From: Lama guanicoe
Taxonomy: Eukaryota
NCBI GenBank assembly: GCA_013239625.1
Contig: MU053487.1
Coordinates: 2,315,058-2,379,057 of the forward strand
Reading direction: 5' to 3'
DNA length: 64,000 bases
In this document: piece after piece, positions 10,996 through 24,434 of the stretch
Numbering within the stretch: position 1 is the first letter of the stretch
Layout of the letters: each line of letters starts with the position of its first letter
Notes under the pieces: model-generated
Seen by the model: the letters and a program-made list of their open reading frames with translations, nothing else
Told to the model about the DNA's origin: nothing
The model's database searches: none
Position numbers and translations under genes: made by a program

Positions 10996-12649
10996 ATATT
11001 AATTTGAAAGAGCAGGAAAGTCACCTGGCAAGAGCATCCATGATTCTCTCTCCTCTGAGTCTGTGGCCTGTCCCTTACTGTAGTGTTTTCAGGGCCAGAG
11101 CCTTGCCTCATATATCTTTCTGCTTTTCATATATGGTTGTTTGCAACCACATACAAGCTCTTCTCCTTTAAAAGTGTCCAAGAACTCATTTCAATGACCT
11201 TGAATAACTGAAACCTGATAGACAGTCTAGGGAACGGGCAGATGGCAGGCCAGAGTCATCACTGTCAAACACATCATGAAAACAAATGACTATTGAGTCA
11301 CTAGTGGCCACTGTATCAAGTGAAGATTACAGATCCAACCCAGATAGCTAACCACATAAGAAAGACAAATATTTAGATAAATTATCAGGGACATAGAATA
11401 TATAAATAAATGTCAGCTGATTTTTTTAAGGCAAAAGCCAAGGAGAGGAGGAAGTACAATTTATTTTCAGTCAACATTTATGTAGCACTATTTTTTAAGT
11501 CTTTATGATAATGTAAGTTATCAAGAGAATCCCCTAAAAAGAATATTAATTATCTCCACTTTACAAAAAGGAAAACTAAAGAAATGAAAGGTTAAGCAGT
11601 TTGTTGTACAACCAGCTGGTCAAAGGGCTGAGAGTAGAAAAGACAGATGAGCTCAGAATGGACTTGGCTGTGCTTCTTGGACCGTGAGCTCAGTCCATCC
11701 TGGATTCTGGTCTGAGGCATGATGTCCCTGGAGACCACTGAGGGCATTATCCATTTGTTATGCATTGCACATGCCTAGAGACAGAAAGGTCTACATGACA
11801 GGAAAAACTACAATAGGAAAAATCCAGGCAAATTCTGTTTTTCATTTCAGTTTCAGTATAGCTGATCCTTAGCATTCTGAGAGTGTCAACTAAGTTTCAT
11901 ATATGGCACTAATCTATCTCGGTAACACATAAGGAGAAGCAGTATGGACTATGTACGGTCCAACCTCAAGACACAGATACCTACAACCACAATGAGAACT
12001 GCACCTTCACAGTAATGGATACCCAAATCGTAAATAAACCAATGAACACGCTCATTTAAATCCATGCAGCTACAACACACACACACACAAACACACAGAA
12101 TATACTCTGTCTTGGTTTCCCCACTTCGAGCACAGCTGTTCACATCTGAACCTATTGACACACCATCCAACCCCCTGCCCACAGAAAGAGCTGCCCCTCT
12201 CAGCCTCTGAGGCAGTCCTGCAGAGGCAGATATATAATCAGTAGGCTTTATTCTCACAGTCCTGACCACTGACTACATTCACCTGGAAGGGCCAACCAGT
12301 GATTTGAACTGGAGGTTAGAGTGGACAGCCAGGGCAACTGGTAATGGAAGCAAAAGGTGGAAAATATTGCAAGAGAACAGCCAGTCCAAGTCATCAGGTA
12401 GAAACAGAGATGCACAGAGTGAAGGCAGTTGGTTGGGAAAGCCGTGGGAGTGATGAAGACAGAAAGAGAGAGACAGGGGTGCCATAATATTAGATCACCA
12501 GTAAATTCTCGTCAGCGAAGGTCAATGAGAACCAAGTTATCCTGAGGAAGCATCCACCCTATTCCTGCAGGAGTCCTGGCTGAAAGGTAGTTTCTGCAAA
12601 CCTGTGAGTCTTACCTCCCTTGTCACTGCCTGTGACCTGATGATAGACC

Positions 12650-13103
12650 TAGTAGTGGGCTGAATCATGGACCTCCCCAAAGAATATATTGAAGTGCTGA
12701 CCCCCAGTGCCTCAGAATGTGACTTCACATTCTGGGGTTGTTGCAGACTAAGTTGGGTTGTTGTAGATGTAATTTGTTAGGGTGAGATCATACTGAGGGA
12801 GGTGGGTCCCTAATCCAATGGTGTCTTTATAAGAAGATGGCCATTTGAAGACACAGAGACACAGGGAGAGGAAGGCAGAGATTAGAGTGATGTATTTCAA
12901 GCCAAGGATTGCCAGCTGTCACCAGAAGCTGGGAGGAAGAAATGAAACAAATTTTCCCCCAGAGCCTGCATGAGGAACTAACTCTGCTGACACATTGATT
13001 TTGTGGGACATCCACTCTCCAGAATGACAGAGAATACGTTTGTTGTTTTAAGCCGCTCAGTTTGTGGTGCTTTGTGGTTACAGCAGACCTAGCAAATGAG
13101 TGC
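12650..13103 (+). mobile_element. MaLR LTR (MLT1-type)
   Basis: tgggctgaat..., cctcagaatgtgac, ccctaatccaat, ttgttgttttaagcc..cagtttgtggt..tttgtggttacagcag..ctagcaaa are typical MLT1 segments. Confidence 0.8.
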
Positions 13104-15469
13104 AGACCTCATTATCTGAAGGAACCCAAGTGCATCTCTGTCCCAGATGCATAAGCCCTTGCCAGGGGCTGTAGAAGACTCCAGGACACTGGCTCTCCTC
13201 TGACTACGCCCCTTTCTAAGGGGTGAGGAGTCCCCTGGCCCAAAAGAATGTGCCTTTCCAGAGCCCACACCTTTTATGTAGACCATGATCTGCACCAAAG
13301 TTCCCTGTCCAAATGGCTCTGAGCCATTTTTTGGGTCTGGCCAAGCCTGGTTCTTGTGCGTCCTGACAGGGGACCAAGCTTCCGCTGTGTACACCTCTAA
13401 GCCCAAGAGGTGGCCATGGGTGGCTGTATGCCAGGAGCATGGGAAGCTGTGGACAGAACTTAACTTGTGGGTTGGGTGTTCCACACAAACATTCTCCTTG
13501 TGCTGTAGGACAGAGATGGCACTAGGAGGAGGAGAGAGCGGGCCGTGGGCTGAGGATCTCCATTTGGACTATGGCCCTGGCCCCCATGACAGGCAGGGCT
13601 AGGCCCCTCACTCCCATCCTCACAGACCAAGATTGATGTCCAAAGGCTGGGATGTTCTTTCACCACTATCCTGGCTCCTCATGCAGGTCCCGGCCACAAG
13701 AATGGTCTGCTGCCTCCTTCCTCCTCCTTTGCTCTGATCCCTGTCTCTGCAGAGGTGGGACCTTTGATTGGCCCTCTAAACCACCAATCTCAGTGGCTGG
13801 ATCAGCCCCGGTGCCCCCTCCCTCCCTCCTCTTCCTTACCACAGACTGCATGGGTTCTTAAGAACCCTGGCCCATACCTGTAGCTGGGGTGGGATGTCAA
13901 GCCAGGGGTTATAGGTTCAGCTGCCCGTCCAGGGGCAGGGAAAGCAGCACACTCAGCGTGTCTGGCCCGGGGTCAGTACCAGGGAGAGGTAAGGTCTGCC
14001 ACAAACCGGGACATCAAGGCTCCTTCTAAAGTAGCTCCAGCTGATTGTTCCTTTGAGAATACGAGCTTGATGTCAAAGATCTCTTTTTAAAAAAATAGAA
14101 GCAAGAAATCTTGATTTTATTATGTCAAGTTCCTACCTAACTAATTCAAAACTTTACTACAGTGCCCACCAAACAAAACCCAGCCACAGAGGCCAGAGAG
14201 GTTGGCAGGGAGTTCCCCTACACATGGTTTGCCCTGACCTCACTGAATTCCAGGCAGTATGAGGAACTAATGTTGTTTTCATGGGTTATTTCTGCAGCCT
14301 GATGTGGCCCTTCCCCCTCTTCCATCCGGTCAACTCCAACGAAAGTGTGACTCATTGCTGTCCTCATCTCCCATGTAAGCCTGGGCAGAAGTCCACCCAG
14401 CCCCACCTCCCCATGTTCACCACTTCCTGCTCACTGCTCCTGATTCCCCGTTACAGCCCTTATGCTTTTTTTTTTTTAAACAACAGTTTACTCATCTACC
14501 CCCTAGAGAGGGCACACCTCGAAAGCTAGGATTTGATCGTGTTCCTTGTGTGCTGCCAGCTGCCTGGCACTTAGATGACACATTTGTGGAATGAATGAAT
14601 AAACAATACATGTCAGTAATGAGAAGGACATCACGAAGCCGCTGGATATAGTTCACAGTTGGTATTTGTGACAATAAATGCATCCTCTTAATAAGTAAGA
14701 GTGGGGCAAAACAACAACAACAACAAAACAACGTTCAGAGGGATTGTGCCGAGGGATTTATTTGTACTGGAACTGGGAAACCCATGCCCATGAGGCAGGG
14801 GGAGGAGCAAACCCAGAAATGAAAGTAAAGGCTCAAAAGGACTGCAAGCCCTGGCGGGCTCCGATGGTAAGGATGGCAGGGGGCGCCAGGAAATCGGCAA
14901 GTGAAAGGCAGTGATTGCAATGGAGGGTTCTTAAAGGGGGGCTGTGGGGTAGGGGTTGCGTAGGGACAACAGGGGTGGCGGCGTGGGAGGGATAAGGAAG
15001 TGCTTCCCGCACCCTGATGACAGCGACTGCTCTGGTGAACGGTTTTGTTTTCCCGGGGCTGTAGGAGCGCCCGGCTGGTTTCGGGTGCGCCACCGTGAGG
15101 CCAGAGCGCGCAGCTACAGCCCCGGCGGAGGGCTCGGGGTTTGCCTCCAGGAAGTGGAAACCGCTAGGGCTCAGCACGTTTAGGGACGCAGTTTCAATGA
15201 CATATAAGCACCATCCACCTCTGTCTCTTTACATCTGCTGAGGTCAAGCAAAAGGAAGGCTGCTGATCTCACAATCATGCCCCCCCCCCGAGGCTTACTC
15301 CTTGTCTCCTGTTTTCCTCTTAACTAGTCTGTAAACGCTTTCGAGACAGGATTATTTATCTTTGCTTCCCCTACAGGACTTACACTCTGCAGGTGTTTAA
15401 AAAAAAAATCTCTGCTTAGTGCATTTAGATGAAGATGCTATCTTATAACAAGTTTGTTTAAAGCTCCAA

Positions 15470-16520
15470 AAACAAGTGAAATAAGCCAGACACCAAAGGG
15501 CAACTATTGTATAATTCCACTTGTGTGAGGTACCTAGACTATGCAAATTCATAAGAACAAAGTAGAATTGTGGTTACAAGGGGCTGAGCGGAAAGAGGTA
15601 GAGGCGCTATTGTTCAATGGGTACCGAGTCTCTGTTTGGAATGATGAAAAAGTTCTGAAATGAAACAGTGGTGATTGTGGGAATATACTCTATGTCACTG
15701 AATTGTACATTTTAAAGTGGCTAAAACGGAAACTTCACATAATGTATATTTTGACACACAGACACACACACAAAGACAGCCTGTCTAGCTTTATTAATAG
15801 CACACAAAATAGAATTTAGGTCAAAAAAACGTTCGAGAGGGACACTTCACTATGACAAAAGGTACCAGTCATCAGGAAGAATTAATTCTAAATGTGTATG
15901 TACCAAGTAACTACCTCCTTATGTGTAAAGCAAAAGTTGTCCAACCCACAAAGAGATATTCACAATGCTGGTGGAGATTTTAACAATGGTGTATTAGTAA
16001 CTGGTTAAAAAATTCTCCTACCCATCAGTACCAGAAGACTCGTATAAGGATGTTTTGTGGCAGCATTATTCACCATAGCCCAAACTAGAAACAACCTAAA
16101 TGTCTATCAGCAGTAGAAGGGATACATATATTGTATTAGATTCATCTAATGGAATAATACACAGCAAAGAAAATGAACTACAGCCTCATGCAACAACAAG
16201 GGTCAATTTCAAAATGTAATATTGAGCAAATGAGGTCAAACATAAAATACTACATACTGTATAATTCTATTTATGTGAAGCTTAAAAATATGCAACACTA
16301 AACTGTGTTTTGCTTAGTTTTAAGGATGCATACTTACGTGGTAACATTATTTTTTGAATGCAAGAAAATTATGTCCATAAAAGTCAGAATTATGGATATC
16401 TCTAATTGGGAAGGGAAGCATCGTGACCGGGAAAGGGGATGTGAGTTGGCAGGGGCAGGAGAAGTTAAGTGTTGGTATAGACTTCTAGGGTTTTAGTGAA
16501 ATTTTATTTTGTGGCCTGGA
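15470..16520 (+). mobile_element. Old L1 fragments (3' UTR and ORF2 pieces)
   Basis: aagtgaaataagccagacac..., gcagcattattcaccatagcccaaactagaaacaacctaaatgtc. Confidence 0.65.
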
Positions 16521-17002
16521 TGATAGTTATATTACAGTCTTGACAATGTGAGTATAAAAGCAGAGTCCCCTAACTCTAACCCCAGACTGGATGGTTAGAG
16601 GTACTAGGCAGTAGAGGTGGGAGGAGGGACAAAATCAAGGGTGGGGTGGAGCCAAGAGACACTGGTGAATATTGACAGAGGACAGTTTAAGAAGAGAACC
16701 AAAATCGGCAAAAGTAACCAAAAACAATGATACAACTATGAAAAAGTGAGGCAAGAAGGAAAGGAGAAATGGGGTGGCATGAATTGGCTAAGTCCGTATA
16801 TATCATAGTAGGCGATAAAGAAACAATGTCTAGAGTTGATAAGTGCAGTTAATGATATATAGAGATACATCTGAACCAAAAGAACTAACAGAAGATAAAG
16901 TTACAAGTGGTTACTAGTACAGCGTAGCAGTGATGGAGAGGACTGAGGGCACCAAACTTTTTATTATGTCTTTTGGCATTTTCTGATTTTTTAAAGCCAT
17001 TC

Positions 17003-17408
17003 ATATGGACCTAGAGATTATCATACTAAGTGAAGTAAGTCAGACAGAGAAAGACAAATATATGACATTGCTTATATGTGGAATCTAAAAAAAGACATAA
17101 ATGAACTTATTTATAAAACAAACAGACTGACAGTCATAGAGAACAAATTTACAGTTAACAAAGAGAAAATGGGGGAAGGGATAAATTAGGAGTTTGGGAT
17201 TAACAGACACAAACTATATAAAATAGGTAAACAACAAGGTCCTACTGTATAGCACAGGGAACTATATTTAATATCTTTAATAAGGTATAACAGAAAAGAA
17301 TCTGAAAAAGAATATATATATATGTATATTCTCTCTCTATATATATGTATATCACTTTGCACAAAATTGTAAATCAATTATACTTCAATTTAAATAAATT
17401 AATTAAAT
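17003..17408 (+). mobile_element. L1 3' end with probable TSD
   Basis: atggacctagagattatcatactaagtgaagtaagtcagacagag...tacttcaatt; flanked by AAAGCCATTCATA / AAAACCATCCATA. Confidence 0.8.
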
Positions 17409-17894
17409 AAAACCATCCATAGACCCAAGGATGCAGACTGAAAGGGAGCATTTGGTGAGGTGTTTTTTTCTCTGTGTACATGTGCTATGAGCATATGCCT
17501 GCGCCCAGCACCATTCAATAAGTAGGCCCCGGTTGCCAAGGAAACCAGCTTTTTACTGATACCAAAGAAAATGATGCTCACCAAGCAACCTTCCTCTTGA
17601 GCCATGCTGCCTTCCTGAACTCTCTTGCCCCTGTGTGAAGCTGTCCAGCTGTGGGAAGCTTACACCTGCTATCTCTCACTTCCCGCTTTGTGGCCTGGGA
17701 CACAGGCAAAGGGGGCTATGCCAGACAGGATGACCTACTGCCCTATTTTGTTACCAGCAAATCTGCTCATGAGAAACGAGTAGCAGTCGTCTTTTAAGTG
17801 ATATTCACCAAAGCATATAAGAGAGTAAAAAAAAATTACATTACTTTTCCCATACTTGCATCATTGACCCCAGGGGGAAGAGCAGAGATACGAC

Positions 17895-19290
17895 TTTTTA
17901 AATACCAATTATGTTGCAGTATAAGTAACATTTAACAATGTATGGATCTTAAGTATGCAGTTTTATGTGTTTTGACAAATATTTACACCTGTAGAACCAA
18001 CACCCCAGGCAAGATACAGGATACTTCCATCAACCCAGAAAGTTCCCTCTTGGACTTTTTTAGTCAATAACACAGATACAGACACACACACAGACACACA
18101 TACACACACACACTCCTCCCTGGTCTCCCTGTGTCAGTCTCCCCTCCAGGCAACCACTCCTCTGACTTCTATCACCATACTATCACCATAGTTGGGATTC
18201 TTTTTTTCTTGACCTTCATGTAAATAGCATGTTCCCTTTTGTGTCCAGTTGTCTGGTTTCTTCTGCTCAGGGTAAGGTTTTTGACATTCATCCTGTTGTT
18301 CTGTGTATCAGTAGTTTGTTCCAGATTAGTATTTCACCGTATGAACAGAAAACATTTTGAGTATCCATTTTCTGTTGATGGACACTTGGTTTGTTGCCAG
18401 TTTTTGGTTTTTATGAATAAAGCTGCTGTGAACATTCCTTAACATTCAACATTCTTGTCACATATGTTTCGTATTTCTTGAGTAAATAGCTAGGAGGGAA
18501 ACTGCTGAGACTTGGGGCAGGTTTACATTTAACTTCATAGGGTAGTCAAATTCGACTCTCTTTATATTGTGGTAAAATACACAAAACAAAATTTATCATC
18601 TTAACCATTTTTCAGATTACAGTTGAGTGGTATTAGGTACATTCATACTGTTGTGCAATCATCACCACCATCAATCTCCAGAGCTCTTTTCATGTTGCAA
18701 ACCTGAAATTCTGTACCCATTAAATAATAACCCCAACTGTCCCTTCCCCCAGCTCTGACAACCACATTTCTTTCTGTCCTATGAATTTCACACTCTCGGT
18801 GTTCAATTTGACCCTCTAATGCCTAATCAATAGTAATTGTCTTCTTGTGACTGGCTTATTTCATTTAGCACAATGGCCTCAAGATTCATCCCTGTTACAG
18901 CATATTTCAGAATTTTTTTCCTTTTCAAAGCTGAATATTATTCCACTGTGCATATATACCACATTTTGTTTATCCATGATCCATTGCTTCCATCTTTTGG
19001 CTATTGTGAATAATACTGCTATAAACTTCAATGTACGAATCTCCCTTCAAGTCCCTGTTTTCCCTTCTTTGGAATTGCCAGAAGTGGGATTGCTAGATCA
19101 TATGGTAGTTCTATTTTTAATTTTTTGAGGAACTACCACACTGTTTTCCATAGTGACCGCACCATTTTACATTCCCACCAGAAGTATCCAAGGGTTCCAA
19201 TTTCTCCACATCCTCACCAATACTTATATTCTGTTTTTGCTTTTGTTGTTGTTTTTTAGTAGCCATCCTAATGGGTGTAAACTTGATTCA
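17895..19290 (-). mobile_element. Antisense L1 fragments (at least two ages)
   Basis: atccattttctgttgatggacacttggt..., gggattgctagatcatatggtagttctatttttaattttttgaggaac. Confidence 0.75.
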
Positions 19291-20049
19291 TTTTTAAAAA
19301 CATTTCTGGTATGGAACTCTCAAACATACATAAAATATGAAAGACCTGCAGATACATACCCACAAGCCTTAACAATTATTGACATTTGATCACGGGTAGA
19401 GAGGGACACGATAGAGAAGGAAGGACATAACTTCTTTAGAGTAGCTGTGAAAGTAGGGACAGAGATCTGTTTAGAACTGTCAAGTAAGGACAGTATTTTG
19501 CAGGCTGCCTGACCAGTAAGAATGAATCACTGGTGTCCAGTCTTTCTGCCTGTGTTCAAAATAAGGAATAACAGTCAAGTATACTTGGTAAAGAAGCAGC
19601 AGAGGAAGATCACATCAATGGACCATAAAGGAACCCTCACCATCACTTAGCCCACACATACCCTTTCTGCATGTACCTTTCATATTCTAACAAACATGAT
19701 CTTTTTATAGGAGGAGGCTGAGGCTCTGATTTGTCTTGGTGACTTGTGTGATTCACCAGAGGGAGACTAAACCAGATGCTGTAGGTAATACTTACTCTGA
19801 CAGTATTAGTGAGCTGGTGGGCTTTCCTAGTTATATTATATGGAAACTTGAGGAATCCAAGCTAAGCATAAAAGCCAGAACTGAATTCTCCTTCAAGCCA
19901 CTGACTTGCTCTTAAATCAATGTCCCCTTGAATAGGAAACTCCTGAAATGAGTTCCCTGAATATCTGCAAGCAGAAGTCAGCTATCCCTGAGCTGGGACT
20001 TGCCTTTTCCCTGCCAGGAATCATGGGATCGGGAATGACACGTACCCCC

Positions 20050-20375
20050 TGTATTAACTGTATTTTCTTATTTTCTGTATTCTTGGTCCTCTGGCATCTG
20101 GAGCCTTGCTAGCCCACGGGAGAACGCCCTTCCCAGGGCTGGCTAACTTCTAGACCTAGCAAACTACTCTGCTCTGAGCAATGCCTTTCATATACAAATC
20201 AATTAATCCAGAGCCTGTAAACTGAACCACCTCCTCTGTTTGACTCGTACATTCCAGGAGGCAATAGTCCTCTGCCCTAATCATCCCACAGCCAGGTACC
20301 AGACAACCAGAGACAGCCCCAGTATCCCAGAACCAGCTGAGATTATTGAAACTAGCCAATCCTAAACCTGCTTAG
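20050..20375 (+). mobile_element. ERVL LTR, MER74-like, 3'-truncated
   Basis: Begins TGTA; gccctaatcatcccacagccaggtaccagacaac...gaaactagccaatcctaaacctgctt resembles MER74 as recalled; an L1 3' end follows to ~20600. Confidence 0.6.
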
Positions 20376-22931
20376 TGATATAACCATACATAAAAATAAT
20401 TAAGAGGAACAGGCTATTATGTATAAAATAAATAAGCTACGAGGGTATACTGCACAACACAGGGAATATAGCCATTATTTTGTAGTAACTATAAATGAAA
20501 TATAACCCCTAAAAATTGTGAATCACTATGTTGTACACCTGTAACTTGTGTAATATTGTACACCAACTATACTTCAATTTAAAAAATGAAAAAAGAAATA
20601 ATTATTTCAATTGACTTCACAGAACAGTATTTTTGACTATACATCCTTAGTGGAATACATTGTAAAGAAAACCAGAACTGCACAGAAATCTCAGATTCAT
20701 TTGGCAATCTTACTGTAATTTTACTAAATTATTTTAAATGTTATTTTAAAAGTATTTTATGTATACTGTAGATAAACATAAGTTATTATGCTAATATTTT
20801 AGAAACAAACATTTTAAACGAAAGAAAGGAAATATCCCTGCAAAATCAAAGAAGTTAAACAAAAACTCTACGATGTTAAATTTGAATTGGAAATACCAAT
20901 AGGACCTTAAAATGTGTATTTCTTAGCTCTGTGCACTGGAAAATCCTAGAAGCAATGATGGCCAATGAACAACAAGCAACACGAACATTCTAGTGGTGAC
21001 CAGTAACTACCATTCGCTATTTCAGGGAACTGGGGTCCCTAACCAAGTATGGGGGAGGAATGTAAGGTGAGCTGGAACACCTTATGCAGAAATGCATGGA
21101 CGAGGTCAGAGGCTAATGGCATCATGGCAAAGGATACAGGAGCCAACTCAAAGAAGCTCCCAGTGGTCAAAGACAGGGCAACATGAGCATCAAAAAGGAC
21201 AATGACTGCAAAGCAATTGAAACAATTCAAAATATAAAAGTCTACAGGCTTATAAAGAAAAATTTTTATTAAAATGTAAAAAGTCCACAAATGAAAAAAA
21301 AGGAGACACCAACTCCTAATTCTGAAAATTAGTAATTAAAGGGGATGAACTAAGTACTGATTCTGTCTTCAAACTATGTAATGAAGGCCTACTAGTGTCA
21401 GGCACTGGTCTCAGTACCAGAGACTCATCAATAGAGCAAAATAAATTGCTACCCTCATAGATCTTATCTGTGAATCCTTGGCAGGTTGCTTAAAACTGTA
21501 TTTCAAGCTAAGTAATCCCAGTTTTTATGGAAAAGTTCTACTTTACAGAAGAATTCCAGCTAATGAATGTAGAAGGCATGATAGAGTTAGAAAAATTACT
21601 ATGTCACAAGTCCTAATGAAATAATGGATTCAGACGACAACGATCAACAGATCAAAACCACTAGGTGGTAGGCTGACAGGGAGCCTGACAATGGCAGGAT
21701 CAGGCTGCGACCTCTGAAGCCCACTGACCAACCTGAGCATTACTAAGCCTGGGATGACCAGACAGTCTGTGACCCTAATGTCAGGTAATAAGAAGTACAA
21801 GGATCACCTTTGCAAAGAGTCACAGTTGTTAAACCCGGGTCTCACCAAACCTTTAGAAGTAACTGCAAGACTACACAAAACATGGAGAATAAAAGAACAC
21901 ATTAAACAACACAACAGGGAAGAAATCAGATTAAATCCAGCACGTGGGACGTTCCATCTAACAACTGACCTGGTTTCTCCAACAAGACAATGGAATGAAA
22001 AAAATGGTGAGCAGGCAGAGGGACTCCTCTGGATTAAATGAGATTTAAAACACACAGCAAACAAATATGGTGTGTGGGCATTGCTTGGATACTGATTTGA
22101 AGAAATCAGGTATAAAAGGTCATTTTTAAGAACAATTGGAGAAAACAAAATACAGACTAGGCATGAGGTTTTCTCAAAGAATTATTATTAGGTTTGACAA
22201 GCATTGTAATTATAGAAGAAAATGTACTTTTTTTTTTAGAGATGAAATAGAAACTTCAGGGCTAAAAGAGGTGTGTCAGTGGCACGGCACAGCATCCACA
22301 TCAGTCAAATGAGAATTCAAGGCAATAAAGGGCATAATATAGGCCTTAGAAGCTTATTTTTATATTGATAATAGGCTTACTGTACAATGACAAAAGTGTA
22401 GAACTATTCAACTCAAGAACATGGAAAAATAGATTAATGAGAAAAAATGAATAGGAAAATAGGAAGAATGAATTAAAGAGAAATAAAAGCAGAAATCAAT
22501 GAATCAGAAAATAACAGCACTGATATATAAACGCAGAAGCAAATTCTTTGAAAAGGACAAAAAACTAAAAATCTGTAGTGAGGCTAATTAAGAAAAAGAG
22601 GAAGCCCGAACATTAGGAATGAAAGAGAGAATATAAACAAAGATATAGAGGACATGAAGTAAACATGCTATCAACAACTTAATAAATTTGAAAACCTTAA
22701 TTTAATGGAAAATTTCCTGGGAAAATCCAAAAAGTTGGAATTAACTCAACATGCAAAAGACATGAGGAAATTGAAAAATTGTTAAAGAACTCCCTATAGT
22801 GGAACTAGTCCCATTCTTTTCTGACAAGTTTTTTCAAACCCTCCACAAGCAGGTACTATGTAAACTATTAAAACTGTTTCAGAATACACATCAAAATATG
22901 AAAATTTTATAATTTTGTTATATATCTAATG

Positions 22932-23394
22932 TGTCAACAAAAATCAGTTGATCTAAGAAAGAAATGGAAAATTTCATCCAAGGTAAATTTGAGGTTTATA
23001 ACCCAGGAAGAGCATCTCAGAAAGCTCTGAGAACTGTTCCACCCATTAGAAGTCAAGGCACTGTTCCGTAAGTTTTTTGAGACAGAGGGCTGTACATCAA
23101 ATGATGTGTTATCGACAATTTACATAATCCAGATCTAAATACCATGTGACCACTTACAAGATCAAAAAGGAATTTTATCTTTAAGGAGTTGTCTTATTGA
23201 TGCTACGAGACTACTTACTAATTGCTGTTTATGGTTGAGCAGATATTTCTGCAGACGGAGAAGGTTTGGTCCAGACATGATGCAGATACACAATACACAG
23301 CGGGCTGGGTGGAGGAAGGGGCCAAAGTGCAGAGGAAGTCTTTTTATGTTTACATTTTTCTTGTCTTGCCATAAAATCTGAATTTTATTTCACA
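22932..23394 (-). mobile_element. Solo ERV1-class LTR, 463 bp, 4-bp TSD
   Basis: TG...CA termini (TGTCAAC...TTCACA) with AATG on both sides (22928-22931, 23395-23398); the minus strand carries the R-region-like cagagctttctgagatgct. Confidence 0.8.
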
Positions 23395-23804
23395 AATGTT
23401 AACAGTATGTTGAATTCTAGATTTCCCAAAGCATTCTGTTTAGCACTGAGAGATACCCTGTCTCAACCACTATTAGCCAGAACCAAAGTGGAAGACTAAG
23501 GATTCTGGGGTCCTTCATCTGGCAAACAGGCAGCTCCTTAAAAGGAATGAAGGAATGAGGCCAATCTGGTAACGACAGCAAGGGTGGAGTGGGAAAGGAG
23601 ACAGGACTCAGGAAACAGCTTTCATCCTGGTTCTGCCGCCTAGAATAACCTTAGCCTCTCTCTGGGACCCAATTTCTTTACCTGTAAAGGAGTTGGGATA
23701 AATTATCTTTTTACGGAATCTTTAACATTTGGTTCTGTATGTTCTGATTTCAGGAGCAACTCTGAATCAACTCTGATAACAGGTGCCAATAAACCCACTG
23801 GAAC

Positions 23805-23931
23805 TTTTTTTGGTGGAGGGAGGTAATTAGGCTTACATATTTATTTATTCTCAGAGGAGGTACCGGGGATTGAACCCAGAATCTCATGCATGCTAAACAT
23901 GCACTCTACCACTTGAGCTATACCCTTCCCC
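23805..23931 (-). mobile_element. tRNA-derived SINE
   Basis: Reverse complement of GGGGAAGGGTATAGCTCAAGTGGTAGAG...GGTTCAATCCCC...CCTAATTACC. Confidence 0.85.
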
Positions 23932-24313
23932 ATGGAGTGGTTTTGAATACCAATGGTTGCTAGTCACTGAGAGAGCTGGTAGACAACTTTTGGTGTGTCT
24001 GCCTAGCCCAAACTCCTATAGTCGCCCTCTTCAACCCACCCCAACTGCAGGGCTGGGGTCCTGTAGCTGTGTTATATACCCCTTTTTGAGAAAAATCATC
24101 TTTCCAGTCATAACAATGTTCTCCCATTAAAAAAATATACATATGAGCAGTGGATGTTGGTGTTCAGAGAGAATAATAAAGCTGAAGTGCAAAGAAGGCA
24201 TAGACAAGATCCATGATTGTAGGAAATTTATCTGGCTTGGTAATCTGAATCTCCAGTGCCAGACCAGCACCTGGCTCCAGTGAGCCTTCGTTAAGAACTG
24301 TTGAATGGTGGTG

Positions 24314-24434
24314 GGGGGAGGGAGGGTGCAGCTCAGTGGTAGGGTGCATGCACAAGGTCCTGGGTTCAATCCCCAGTACCTTCATTAAATTAATAAATAA
24401 ACCTAATTACCATCCCCTCAAAACAAACAAAAAA
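24314..24434 (+). mobile_element. tRNA-derived SINE with anticodon-loop deletion
   Basis: A and B boxes and tail present; 9 nt (TTAGCATGC) missing between the GCATGC repeats relative to other copies. Confidence 0.85.
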
